Virus record (IMG/VR): IMGVR_UViG_3300013383_000023
Location: 1 to 64,000 of that record
Length of the DNA stretch: 64,000 nt
Source of the DNA: a virus
Lineage: Duplodnaviria; Caudoviricetes
Reading direction: 5' to 3' (one strand)
Shown: positions 48,590 to 61,900 of the stretch, piece after piece
Layout of the letters: each line of letters starts with the position of its first letter
Numbering within the stretch: position 1 is the stretch's first letter
The notes under the pieces: generated by a model
Told to the model about the DNA's origin: nothing
The model's input: the letters and a program-made list of their open reading frames with translations, nothing else
The model's database searches: none
Position numbers and translations under genes: made by a program

Positions 48590-49921
48590 ATGATATTTTA
48601 GTACGATTAGGCATTGGAAATGCCGACCATGAATGTATATGATGACGGACTCATGCAGTAGTACATAAATGCTGTTAGAGATGATTATAAGCAAGGTTTG
48701 GCTGATCAAAAAGAGTTTGTTACCAAATATGGAGATTTCTATAGTCCTATACAGAAAAGTGTTGATTGGTGGAACGAAAACGTAAATGATCCAATTCGAG
48801 ACTTTGTTGCACAAGCATCATAGTCTGGAATTGATATGAGGTCTCCTGAATTTAGAGCAGCATTATCTAGATTGCAAAACAGTATGCCATATGGAGAAAT
48901 GTAGCGTCAAAAACAGCAAGCTAAAATGGCCGAATAGTATATTTAGAATCGCGACGCTTTAATTAGAGCTGGTAAATTTGATCCAAACTTTGAAAAGTAT
49001 CTACTTAATGGCAAGACGCTAGAAACATGGGATCCAATTAAAGACGGTTTGTGGACAAGAACGTCTCCAGAACAGCTTAATGAATTATCTGCGTTTGCAG
49101 CATTATCTACAAATGGTCTTAAAGATTCGTTCATTAAACGCGAAAATGGATACGATCATTATGGTATTACTAAAGAGAGAGTCCAAGATGCTATTGGTAG
49201 AAATATGTTAGATTATCTAAACTCTAATTCTGGAAAGTATTATCTTGACTTAATAGCAAAGGCCAATAATCTCGATATTAAAGATCCAAAGCAACGTAAT
49301 CAAGCATAGCAATTACTTTTAGATTAGGCTGTAGCTAGATCTGGAAAAGTTAGCGATAATATTAAAGTTAACGAATATGATCTACTTAAGGTAAAGAATG
49401 ATTATGATGTACAAATGGAGAAGATGCGGGAGGCCAATGACATTGAAAAGTTGTTAATGAAAGGTGCTTACGGATCAACAAATGGATAGTCTGGAGTATT
49501 TGCTGCACCGAAAGGTATGACGGCAGAGTTTGTTCCTACTGGTTATCGTGTTACTCATTCGCCAGAATATTAGGGCAATATGACTAATAACGAATATAAT
49601 GGACCTGATGGGAAAGTGTCTAAATCAAGTACAACAAAACCAACGTATGCTGAAGTATATAATATAAGCGATCCGAAAAACGCAGATATATATGTAATTA
49701 ATGATAAAGGCGTTATGCACAACCTTAAAATTGGGAATCATAGTAATCACAATGTTCGTTTTTATCCAGTAAAAGGTGCAATCACAGAAGGGAGGACTGG
49801 ATTTTATTATCAATTGGGACAATTGACTTGGGCAGATAATTCTGGCAAGGATATTAAATCTAAGGACAATGTATGGATTAGACTTAGAAAGCAATACGTT
49901 CCAAATAAAACTAATAAATAA
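48590..49921 (+). CDS. Virion cargo protein, 443 aa
   Basis: Track ORFs 49049 and 49580 are in frame with ATG 48590; TAATG coupling to the next gene. Confidence 0.7.
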
Positions 49922-52900
49922 TGAATAATAATAGATTAATTTACAGAGACGCAAAACCCGCTAACTCAGAACGTGCCAATTTGTTTGACAGATTAGCAAA
50001 TGAAGCTCGTGCAAAAACTGCTGCTTTTAGACAACGCCCAGATGTATCTAAGCGTCCACGCAATGTTGAATGGGTTGATAAAGTTATTAATCAGACAAAT
50101 AAGGATTTATATGGAGATGTTGCTCAATACATCAAGCCTGTATCACGTAGTTAGGCTATAAAAGATCGTTTAGATTTTAAAAAACGATATAATGACTATT
50201 GGGATTAGGTGCGATATAGAAATAAGGTAGATCAAGAAGAGAACGCTGAAATAGAAAAAGAGCGACAATCGTTATTCGGAAATGGCTATGCCTCCAAAGT
50301 AAGTAGAGTTTTACCTATTGATCTAGCAAATCTTTCTTATACTGTTAAGAATATTGTTAATGATATTGCAGCGAATAAGGCTAGCGGTGGTGCCGAAGCA
50401 TTAGAAAGCGATAATAGAGATTTGTTAACTAAGTCAGATTTAAAAGACGATGTAATAAACTATCTTAAAATTAAGTAGCAGTTTGACTTAGTTAAAGAAG
50501 CCCTTCCGCAAACAACTGGAGATAAACGACGTGAACTTGAGAGTGAATTGTATAGCTACAAACAATATCTTGAAGATCCAAACAATATCTAGAAAATGTC
50601 AGATTACGCTAATGCAAGAAATCGTGAACATGGATTTTGGAGATAGTTTGGGGACGCTCTACGTGATGCTCCTGGTACAATGCTTGAACACGCTCTTGGA
50701 TATACTGGAAAAGCAAGAGAAGAAATTTATGGAAGTCCAGAATTAGCTTAGAAAGTACGTGATAAGAGCTTGGTAGATGACACTGTTAAAGCTCTTATTT
50801 CTAAAGGCAGAGACTCATTAAAAGGAGAAGTTGGAGATGCTGCGTATTAGGCAGATGATTATTCTCTTGCAATAGCCGGAATTGAAACAGAAGACAAATC
50901 TGACAAAAACGAAATAAAAGAAAATAATGCTAGAGCGAACTAGCTTAGACTTGATGAAGCTAGAATTAGACAGAACATTCCAAGGGTTTGGACTGAAAAG
51001 TCTTAGATAACACAGGACTAGTCTTTATTTAATCCAGATTATTGGAAATACTGTGTTCCTGGAACTGTTGGATCTTCTATATCTTCTGACAATTTCTGGA
51101 AAGCTATGGCCATCAAAGGTGGTACAGCAGCGCTTGGAGCTGCGATTGGAGCAGTAACCGGAGGCTGGAAAGGCGCCGCTTAGGGGGCTGTTAGTGGCTG
51201 GAATGCAGGTTCTGTTTTTGCATCTCCATGGGATGTGGCATCTGGATTTGATGAGAATAAAGTCGAAATCCATGACAAGTATCTTGATAATCTTTAGAAA
51301 AACCTCGATGCTAGAACCGCGAGCGATAACGCAGATGGTAAAGTATCGCCATTAAAAACAGCAACACTTTCATAGCTTTAGAAATAGAGTCTTGAGTATT
51401 GGCGCAAACGAGGAATGTCTGATGATTATATAAATAATCATTATGATATTAGTAATGATGAAGGTGTTCGTAATGTATTAAATGATCTTGCATCTGGCAG
51501 AACATCAATTACAAGCCCATTGGTTAAGGAATGCGCAATGGACGCAGCTCTTGGTCTTAATGCTCAATATTATTCAGATAATGTTGTTACAATGAGTGAC
51601 ACCTTCGTTGGATTGGGTGTAAATTGGCTTCCTGGAGGAAACTCGTTTAAGCTTGGAAAGACTATAATTAAGGGTACTGGTAAAGTAACTGGTATTACTG
51701 CTGCTGGTAAAGCGATTGCTAAATCAAAATTTGTTAAATCTGCTGGGAATATAGCAAAAAAAGCAAAAGATTATATTGGTGTTGAGCGCGGAAATAGCAT
51801 GATAATGTTTGATAACGCAGCATCTAGAGTTGCTTCTACTGGGGCTGCAATTGATGCTACTGAAGCTGCTGCTGGCGGAATGGCAAACTCATTTAAAGCT
51901 GGATATAATGCGGTTGGCGGAGCCGCAGAAGAGCTTGGATTTGGTTTAGCTGGTAAGGCTGCAGCCGGTACAGTCGCTGGTACTGGAAATGTTCTAGTTA
52001 GAGCTGCGAAATCTGCATTGCCACAGAAGTATCAGCAATTTATAGATGATTTTGGAAGAGCTGCCGTTAATAAATATCAAGGAGTATTGGATAAACTTGC
52101 TCCAGTTGGTTCGTGGAGAAGATTGGCCGCTAAATATGGATATCAATATGCCAAACGTAGAGCCATTGGTGCCTTTTCTGAGGCGACAGAAGAAGGTAAT
52201 CAATATCAGTTTTCTCAGAAAGACTTTTCTAAGTATAGATATGGATTACCATCATTAACGGATTTGTTTATTGGTCACACTGAAGCTACAATGAATGCCG
52301 TTAAATCGTATGCATCATTATTTGGCATATGTGATAGTGAGCTTAAAGACGATATGGAATATTGGAACAATGTTAAGGGCGGAGCCGCTCTTGGCATGGC
52401 CAATGTTGAAGCTGCTATTCAGTCTGGTTTGTATACAAAAGAAGCTTATCAATAGCACGCTGTTAATAAAGCTCTTCAATAGGAACTTGCGAAGAATCGT
52501 GAAGACGAAAATATGACTAGGCGTTCAAATCAAGCTGTTTCTCAACAAATGGCCAAAGGTCGTGGTGATGCGGTTATTAATTATCTTGAAGAACAAAAAG
52601 CTAATGATCAACGCAGATCAAAAGATCAGCGCATGGCTTCAGACAAACAATGGGATAACAAAATATAGACTGCTAGAGAAATACAAGCTCTTACAGAAAA
52701 TAAACAGCTTACAAGACGTCTTGAAGCTAAAGGTATAAAGTATGGCTCTGCTCAATATAATGCAGCTATTGCTGACTATTATAATTCTAGACAGCAGATT
52801 AGATAGAATCAAGAGGATATTAATGATATAAATCAACGTGTTCAACAACGTGGAACTACGAAAAATAATTTGGATGCAGTTAGGTCTTATGTTGAATAGG

Positions 52901-55900
52901 AAGTAGATCAACAGATAAAACAGTCTGGACAGAAAGTATCTGACGAAGAACGTGCTACTATTGTTGAAAACAGAGTAAAGGAGCGCGCTGCTATCAATGT
53001 TCTTTATAATCAATTATAGTCATTACTAGAGTTAAAGTCTAAAGTTAATACAGTAAAAGGATTCTTTAGAACATTAAAGCGTAATAAATTAAACAATATA
53101 CAAAGTCATTCTATTGCATTAAAACATCTTAACGATCAAATATCTCAAGTAAAATCTTAGATTAATGAGCTTCATAATCTTAGAGCTGGAATACAAAACG
53201 AAGACGAACGATTTGATGTATTTGAAGGTAGATCAGAATCCGAAATATATGATGATATAAACAACTCTAATGGCTTCATGAGAGATGGTTATGTTCAAGA
53301 TCTTTCTCAACAAAAAGCTTTATTAGAATTCGACAATCAATAGCATTTAATGCATATTGATCAGATGAATTATGGTATAGTAGAACGCGAGCGTGATACT
53401 AAAGGCTTGATTAATAAAGCTAAGAATCTAGTTTAGGATGTTAGATATGAATATAATCCAGAAGAATATGAAAGACAGCATAAAGACAGAGTTGAACGAT
53501 CTAAACGGGCAAAAGAATATTCTGATAAAGAAAAAGAGATTAACGCGAAAATAGAAACTAGCCAAAAACAAATAAAAGACCTTAAAGAGCAAAACAATAA
53601 GAACTTTAAAGAGAGCAAATAGGCTGTTGCAGAAGAAGATCAAAATATAACCAAACGGATATCCGATCTTGAAAGTGAAATAAAGAAAAATCAAGATGAA
53701 CTCAATAATCTTCGCTCTGAAGCTAAAAAGCAGAATGATGAACTTAATAATCGAGAAAGACTAGCTAGCTCTAAACGCAAAGAGGATGATAGATACGTTC
53801 AACGTATTAATAGAATTCTTGACGTTCAAAAAGAAGACGATGCTCTAAATTGGATGGTTCAAGATATTGCTGAAGGTAATGCTGGACAAAAGATCGATGA
53901 ATTGTAGGCAGAAGAATATTTTAAATAGTAGAAACAGGAAGATCAAGAAGATCAGGCCACTGCAGCTGATTATATTAGATATTAGAACGGTATAAGCGAG
54001 TTTGAGTCTAAAGAAGAACAAGAATCCGCTAAACGTGAATACGAAGAAGCTAAGAAAAAGCGTGAAGAGAAACTTAAACAGAATGGTTAGAAATGGAATA
54101 ATCGTAGACAACGTGTATTAAGGTGGGCCGCAGATAAGCTTTCTAAAGCAAAAAATAAATATAAAGGTACGACGTATTCCGCATTAGGCGTAACTCCAGA
54201 ATTCTTAGAAAATTTTGCTACTAGAATGATGTCTAGCGGTATCATTGGAGTTTATAAGATAGGCAACTTTATTGATGACCTACGAGCTACTTTACAGTTC
54301 GCCGCAAAGACCAAAGGTCTTTCTGACAAAGATGTAGACAATGAGATTAAAGAGAACAATTCTGCGATAGTACGAGCTTATAAACGAGTTTCCACTAGAG
54401 TTTCTATGGCCTTAGCATTAACTGGAGCAAACGTTAAAGATTTGTTTAGTACCGATGATGAACTTGCATAGCATTTAATTTAGATTCCTACTGAGAGATA
54501 GAATCTTAAGCAGAATTCAAATTGGACTTCAGCTTAGTTAGCAGTTAAACAAAAGTTTGATGCGTCACAAGCGTAGATTTCTAGAGATGACTTTTACACT
54601 ACTTACGTAAATGAGAATGGTAAAGAAGTAGCATATCGTAATGTTATATGGAGTGCATTTGGAAAGAAAGAAGATCAAGATAGTGCATCTTTGAAGAATG
54701 CTAAAGCAATAAGATCCGGAATATTAAATTATATTATTACTGGTGATATTAGTTATATTTAGAATATTGTTTTATCGTATGATAATGATATAGAGCTTTC
54801 TATAAAGGATACTCCAGGATATGATAAATTGGTAGCGTTTGCTACAAATTTGTATAATAATATCCAAAGTAACGGATTGATGCCATTAGATGTTAATCTA
54901 AACATATATGGCAAAGCGAAGGACGGGTCAAATATATCGAGTTAGGCTGATATTGTATTGATTGACAGAAACGGCAACGCTATAATTTATAACGTGCTCA
55001 CATCAATCTATTCTAATATAATGAATACTGGTCAAACATCTCAAGACTTAGGTACGATTAAGACTTTGGTGAGTCGTGCTATTTCTGAAATGAAGCCAGT
55101 TATTGAAATATTCCAAAATAAATACGGTCTTAATGTAAGCTGGGCTTCTATCATTCCAATACAAGTAGATCCAGGAGTTTCTATAAATGTTGAATCCGAC
55201 GTTAATGGAGTTGGCGTTTCACTTAATAATATAGAAGAGCATTATAATGTAGATAGACAACGTATTAATGGAATGCTTAATTTAGCTATTCAGAAATACA
55301 ATGATTACGCTAGATATTTAGGTGTTGATCAAAGAGTTGGTATTGATCCATCAAGTATGCCAGTATAGCAAGTGTTAGATATGATTGATTCTATAAATAA
55401 TTCTACTGAATAGTTAATCAGAATAGCTAATACTAACACTAAGAAGTCTTAGGAAACATAGTAGACAGAAAAGCGTACTGCTCCTATTCAAGATAATACT
55501 ACTTATACAGAAAAAGAATAGGCTTTTATAGAGGCAGTAACTGTTCTTGATGGAATGATATCGAATATGCAACAGCAAGAAGGATTAGTTGACGATAATT
55601 TTATATTACAAACATTAGCTTGCCAAACATCTTTGTATCAACTTCTTAAGAGCAAAGAATCGTCCATAGATAACCTTAATCCATATAGTGAAGTAGTTGT
55701 AAAAGCATTGGAATATCTCGCTAAAAATTCTACTAACTATTCTGGATGTCGTAAAGCCATCAATAATTTTGTTAGTATGTCTATAGCTAATGACACAATG
55801 ACTACATCATTGGATTCTGCTAACAACATGGAAGTGATGCTTAAGACGGCAAATTTGTGGAATAATATTTTTGGATAGATTTTAAGTTCTTAGGATTTAT

Positions 55901-58900
55901 CTAACGATACAAAAATTCAGCAATGGTATTCTGAGCTTGCCAATAATTTCTTAAAGCCATTATTGGACAATGCTAAATAGGACTTGCAAAATCGTAAAAA
56001 TATAGATCCAGTTTCATATAATATCTTTAATAAAGTATTTGGACAAACTCAAAATCTTATAGATCAGTATAACCAAAGATATAAAGTAGCCACATCTTAG
56101 CTTATTGATACTAATGATATATCTGTATTAAATAGCATGTCAACAAGAACTATTAATCCATATACACGTGCTACATCTACATCTTGTTAGCCGTCTTTAA
56201 GTTCTATGCGACAGTCTAACTTTAGATCTATGGTTACTCAAAAAGATTTTACTGCTAATGCTAAAATATCGTTTAAGTTTGATAACAGAAATAATCCATT
56301 AATGATAATTAAGTATAATGGTAATACTGTTATACTTAATTTTGCAGAACCTATATCCAAAAATGGCTCTACAAAGAATATGGAGAATTATCGAGCTTAT
56401 GCTGCTCCGTTTGTTAGAAAGCTTACATAGCTGATGCTTAAATGTCAAGCCGACCCAACGTTACATATATCTACTAAATTAAAAAAGCGTAGAGTTACAT
56501 TTAACTATGACAATGGTAAGAATGGTCGTAAATATGAGCAGCATAATGTTTCTCAGTTTCTATTTAGTTCTGAAGAGAATGGTCATAATATGTTTACCAT
56601 CAAAGTATCTTCTGAAGATAAAATAGGTACATTGAAAGACAGAAGTGGTAATTTGATAATCTGTGATCAAAAAGGTTAGTCTATTGGTAATTTTGTAGAT
56701 CCAGATACTGGAAACGGAAAATACAATCCTCCAGTTGGACAGTTAATATATATGTACAATGATGGACGTAATGAACAACATGGTAAATACACGCCAATTG
56801 TTCTTTCAGTTTAGTCGTTTGGTCAGTTAGGTATGACATAGCCTTTAATGGAATTGATTCGTCAGAGAGCAAATGGCAATATGCAGACTGAAGATGGATA
56901 TGATATTGATGATCTCATTAGTCTAGTAATGTTTACACAAGACCCATCTAGTAGATATCAAGTAACTAATAATGCAATAGCATTTGGCGACCCTGGTATT
57001 GTAACAATTGGTAGAGTTAACTATAACGTTAATGACACTAATGATTATCAAAAGCTTACTGAAGCTATTAATAATCTTCGCGTTTGTGAAAATATAGAAT
57101 TACTTAATCAGAATTTAACACTATCCGATAACGATGCTTTGCAAAAAGTTTCTAGTATATTTAAGAATACAGACGAGAAGGAAGTAAGACTCCCTAATGG
57201 TCTTGTATTTACTAGAGATGATTTTATGCATCAAGAAAACGGCATTATTACAGGATCTACATATCTTGGTTATATGATGCGTAACAATATTATTGGAACA
57301 AATGCCACTAATGTTGATGATACATATATTGAAATTGAGAGTATAAGTCTTGAAAGAAATGATGATGGAATTGGAGATGCATCGAATACTATTAAAGAAT
57401 CTAATTCTAAATCTGCTACAGCTGCTAAAGTTCAATCCGGACTTAATGGGCTAATGAGCGGAATCTTTAAATCTCAGAAACATAAACCTGGAAACGGTCT
57501 GAATGAAATAATAGATCAAAGTCAAATCGTTGGTAGAACTGACGAAGAAATAGAAGACTATAAGCGTAGAGCTTCTGATGTTATTCGACAAATGCTTGGT
57601 GATGGATCTGTAAAGACCATGCAATTTAAGAGTAGAGAAGAACTTAATGGCGAAAATCAAACTTCTGTTATTGCTGGTATTTGCCATTCTTCGTTTATCG
57701 AGCTTGGAACATTCGCTCCGGAATCTACTGTATATCATGAGGCGTTCCATAAGATATTAGAGCTTACGATGCCCTCTGCTAAAAGAGATAAGTTATATCA
57801 AGTTTATAGAAACAAATATAAGAATCAGAACTTATCGGAACGAGATGTTGCAGAAGGGCTTGCCGACATGTTTACCAGTTACGTTCAACATAATATATTA
57901 GACAAGAATCTTAAAGGGTTTAAGTATTTCTATGGATGGTGTAAGAGAGTATGGTTCAATATGATGATGTCTATCAAATTCGGAAATCAATGGAAGAACT
58001 TTAAGGCTCTTTATGCACAAATGCTTCGTGGAGATTATAATGGCAAGGATTCGTATTCTGAAAATGTAGAAAGATTCAAAAATCAATTTGGAGATTCTTT
58101 GTATTACGAATTGGAAGATAAATAGTCTGGAGAATCAGTCAAATTTGAGCATATCGCTAACATATCCGAAGCTAGAGAAGTAGCCAAATCATTGGCGTAT
58201 TTAGTAATAAAAGCAAACGGTCTCGATAGTCTTAATCCGTCTGGAACAAAACTTAAACTTAATCAATCTACTCCAAATAAATTCAATCTTATTAAATCTG
58301 GTCTTGTATCATTATTAAGAGCTGATGGTGTAGATGTGTCACAAAAGACAGACGCTCAACGTATTTATTCTGAGGTTCTTGAGCAAAAGATAGAAAATGT
58401 AGAAGAAACCGATAAGAAAGGAAATGTAATAAAGAGGCAAATTACTACTTATCCAAAATTTGCAGCGTTAATTCCGTTGATTAATCAATATATATCTTCT
58501 ATATCTACTGGATTTAATGGACGTTTACAAGATATTGAAGATGAAACCGATTCTGATGTAGATTAGGCTGTAAAAGATAATATTGATAAATTTGATAAGG
58601 CATCCTATGAATTTAATCCATTAGATCAAGTTGTGGATCGTGTTAAAGTATTTTTCGGAACGTTACCTAGAGTAAAATATGATAGTTCTTCTAAAACATA
58701 TAAATATGAAACTATTAACAGATTAGGAACTCCAGAATTTTATGATGTTAGCCAAGTATTTACTACATTAACATCTGAAGTAAACGATTTGTCTAGTATA
58801 GAAGATCTTACTAAAAAGCTCGAATCTATGAAAGATCGTGATGGGTTACATAGGCAAGTGTATCATAAATGGAAGGCTCTTTGTGATTATCTTGACAAAA

Positions 58901-61900
58901 ATCCAAACGATAATGATGCAAGACAGTTACAGATATCTGTTGCTAAATCTCTTAAATGTCATGTCAATAATTATGTATTCTGTTATAGTCAACGTGATTA
59001 GGAAGGCAATCTTATATCTCAAGTAAAGAATACAGAATATGACAGGGATACAGTATTCGCACCTAAACATTGGTTAGATAATCTTTACAACGGCAATACT
59101 GGAATATTTAGTACAATAAGAGATTCTAATGGCAATCCTGCTGTGAGTGCTGATGTTGATATATTAAAGAATGTATCTAACATGTTCGAATAGTTGAGAT
59201 CTGAGTTAAGTAGAGCAACGTCTGCCACTTCCGATAGTAGTATAATAAATCTTAATGGTGTACAAATAGATCTTGATGACCCTGCAAGCTTTAATTATTT
59301 AAAAGGATTTGTAGTACAACTTTTAAATAGTGTTGGTATTCCAATCAATAACGAACAGCTTGATTATATTCTTAACAACAGATTTGATTCTAGTGACGCT
59401 CGAGGTCTTTCATTGTTTATGAACAGCAATAGTACTGATTCAATGACTCCGTTCATTAATATTCTAGGTTCGCTTGTAAATAATGATGGTACACTGAATA
59501 ACAAATACGCATCTGACGGATATACTAATTGCGGATTTATTAAAGAATTAGCAAATTGGATGGGTCAGTATAATAGATCTAGACAGACATCTAGTCGCCT
59601 TGGATTTGATTCTAAGAGATATTATCAAGTATCATAGAACTTTGCTATATCGTAGATTACAGACATGATTAATAGCCAGGACGAAAGTAATGATATATAT
59701 AACGCATTACTAAATTCTAAGTATATGATGCTTGTTGGTCCAAGTGGAGCTGTTATGGGGTCAATATTTGCTAAAGCTATTAATAGTAAGCGTAAGTTTA
59801 AATTAAGATTGTTAACTGATATTGGAAGCAAAACAGATCGTTCTGACGATATTGGCAACACATATACTAATAGAACTGAATAGGATGACTTTATTGCTAA
59901 ATACACAGCGCTTAGAGAAGGCTATGTATTATTTCCAACTCTTGCAGATAAATCTGGGTTCGTATATATTGATATTAATAATTATGGTAATTCAGAAATA
60001 TCTATTCCAGGATTAAGTTTTGACACACAGTATGATGAACATGGTCATAGATTGTTAAGTGTAAAATCAGCTCCAAAAATTGGCTATAATCCAACAATTG
60101 GAAACTATTTTATACCTGATAATCGCGTTCTTGATTAGATGATAGAGTATGCAGAGCTTGAAAAGGCTAGAATTCTTGAAATAATGCAAGAGTGTGGATA
60201 TGAAGATCGCGATAAGATTGATGGCTATGAAGACAATCCAAATGTTAAGTTTATCCCAAAAGAATATCGAGTAAAGAATATTCATACCGGGAAAGGTATT
60301 AGATTTCAATCGTTGAGAGATTTAGTTCTCGAAGACGGCGTTACAACTGTTAATTTGTCTGACGAAAATAAAACTCCTGCAGAATTAATGAATCTGGCTA
60401 ATAAAAATTTCTTCAATAAGACTCAAGAATAGAAACGTCAGATTATGACAATGATTCTAGCTAGAGCTAATAAGAATATAGTTAATAAAGCTCTTAGTCT
60501 TGGTATTATTACTGTAGGAAACGATACTAATGGCGCAACTAAGTTAACAAATATGACAAGAAACGTATTTGATAACTTAAGAAATGTTGCATTAGATAAT
60601 GAAGAGGTCAGAGCTCTCGCTAATTATTTGTTTAAGAATAATGCTGTATTTGCAAATGAGAAAGATAACGATAAGATTACCGCTAAACGTAATCTTTGCA
60701 CAAGTTTAGCTATTGCCGCATTGCTTGGAGATGCTCAAAATAGACATATAATTGGCACGTAGGAGACTCAAAGATGGTATGTGGGCAATCCTTCATCATT
60801 TAAAAATGACGCCGATATACAGAAACGTATGGGTTCTCTCATGTCAACTGGAGAAGATAATATAATGTATTACGGAGCTCCTAAATACTATAATTGTGCA
60901 GAAGTAGCAGATTATGTTGTTGGACTTAGCGAGGACGACCACAATAAGTTTCACAATCTATTCTTAAATGGAGAATTAAAAGAAACTCTTGCAAATGCAT
61001 TAATATCTAAGCTTAAAGATGGTGAGGACAACTAGTCTAAGATTAGGTATATATATGACATGGTTTATTCTCCAGATATGACTGTAGATAAAATAGAAGC
61101 AGAATTTAATAAACTTGGTCCAGAAGCTATTGAACAAATGAATAAGGCTAAGAAGAGAGCTTCTGATTTTACTAGATCATACGATGAAAATAATGTGGCC
61201 GATGGATAGTCTTATATGTCTGATAGAATGTGCGAGCAATTGCTTAAATTTAATGGCGCATGGGTTGGAGATGTTCCAAGAGCATTTGAATTAATACGTA
61301 AAGATAATTTGACAGAAAAAGAATATTATGAAGCATATAGATTAATTCAGAAAGCTGTTAATATCGTTACTGTTAAATATACAGCATATGGAACTCGTAT
61401 CCACCCTATAACTGGTGAACCTATAACATACCTTAATAAGTTTGCTATAGCTCCTATATTTAAGAATATTGCTACTGGTAAAATGAAAGATATTTGTCAG
61501 TATATGACTGATCATAATATTGATAATCTTTTATTTGATTCTGCAGTAAAGATTGGTTCATGCAATCCTATATAGTTTAATGGGGTTTCATTTGATAATG
61601 ATCTTACTATATATCAACAGCCTTATGCTAATCTTAGAAAACAGATGAATACAGATCCAGAAGAAGGCGACGAAATGCATATCGGTACACAGATGGTTAA
61701 GGTTGTATTATCGAATCTTATTTAGAACAGATTATACAAGAATAAATCTGGAGAGCTTATTGAAGGAAAATAGATTCTTTCCGATATGATGAATTGTATT
61801 GATAAGCTTAGAGATTTTGGAGAACAAGAATTCTTAGATCAATTCTTTACTAATGGCTCAGTTGATGAATCGAAGACGTCTAATTGGCTTACTGATCAAA

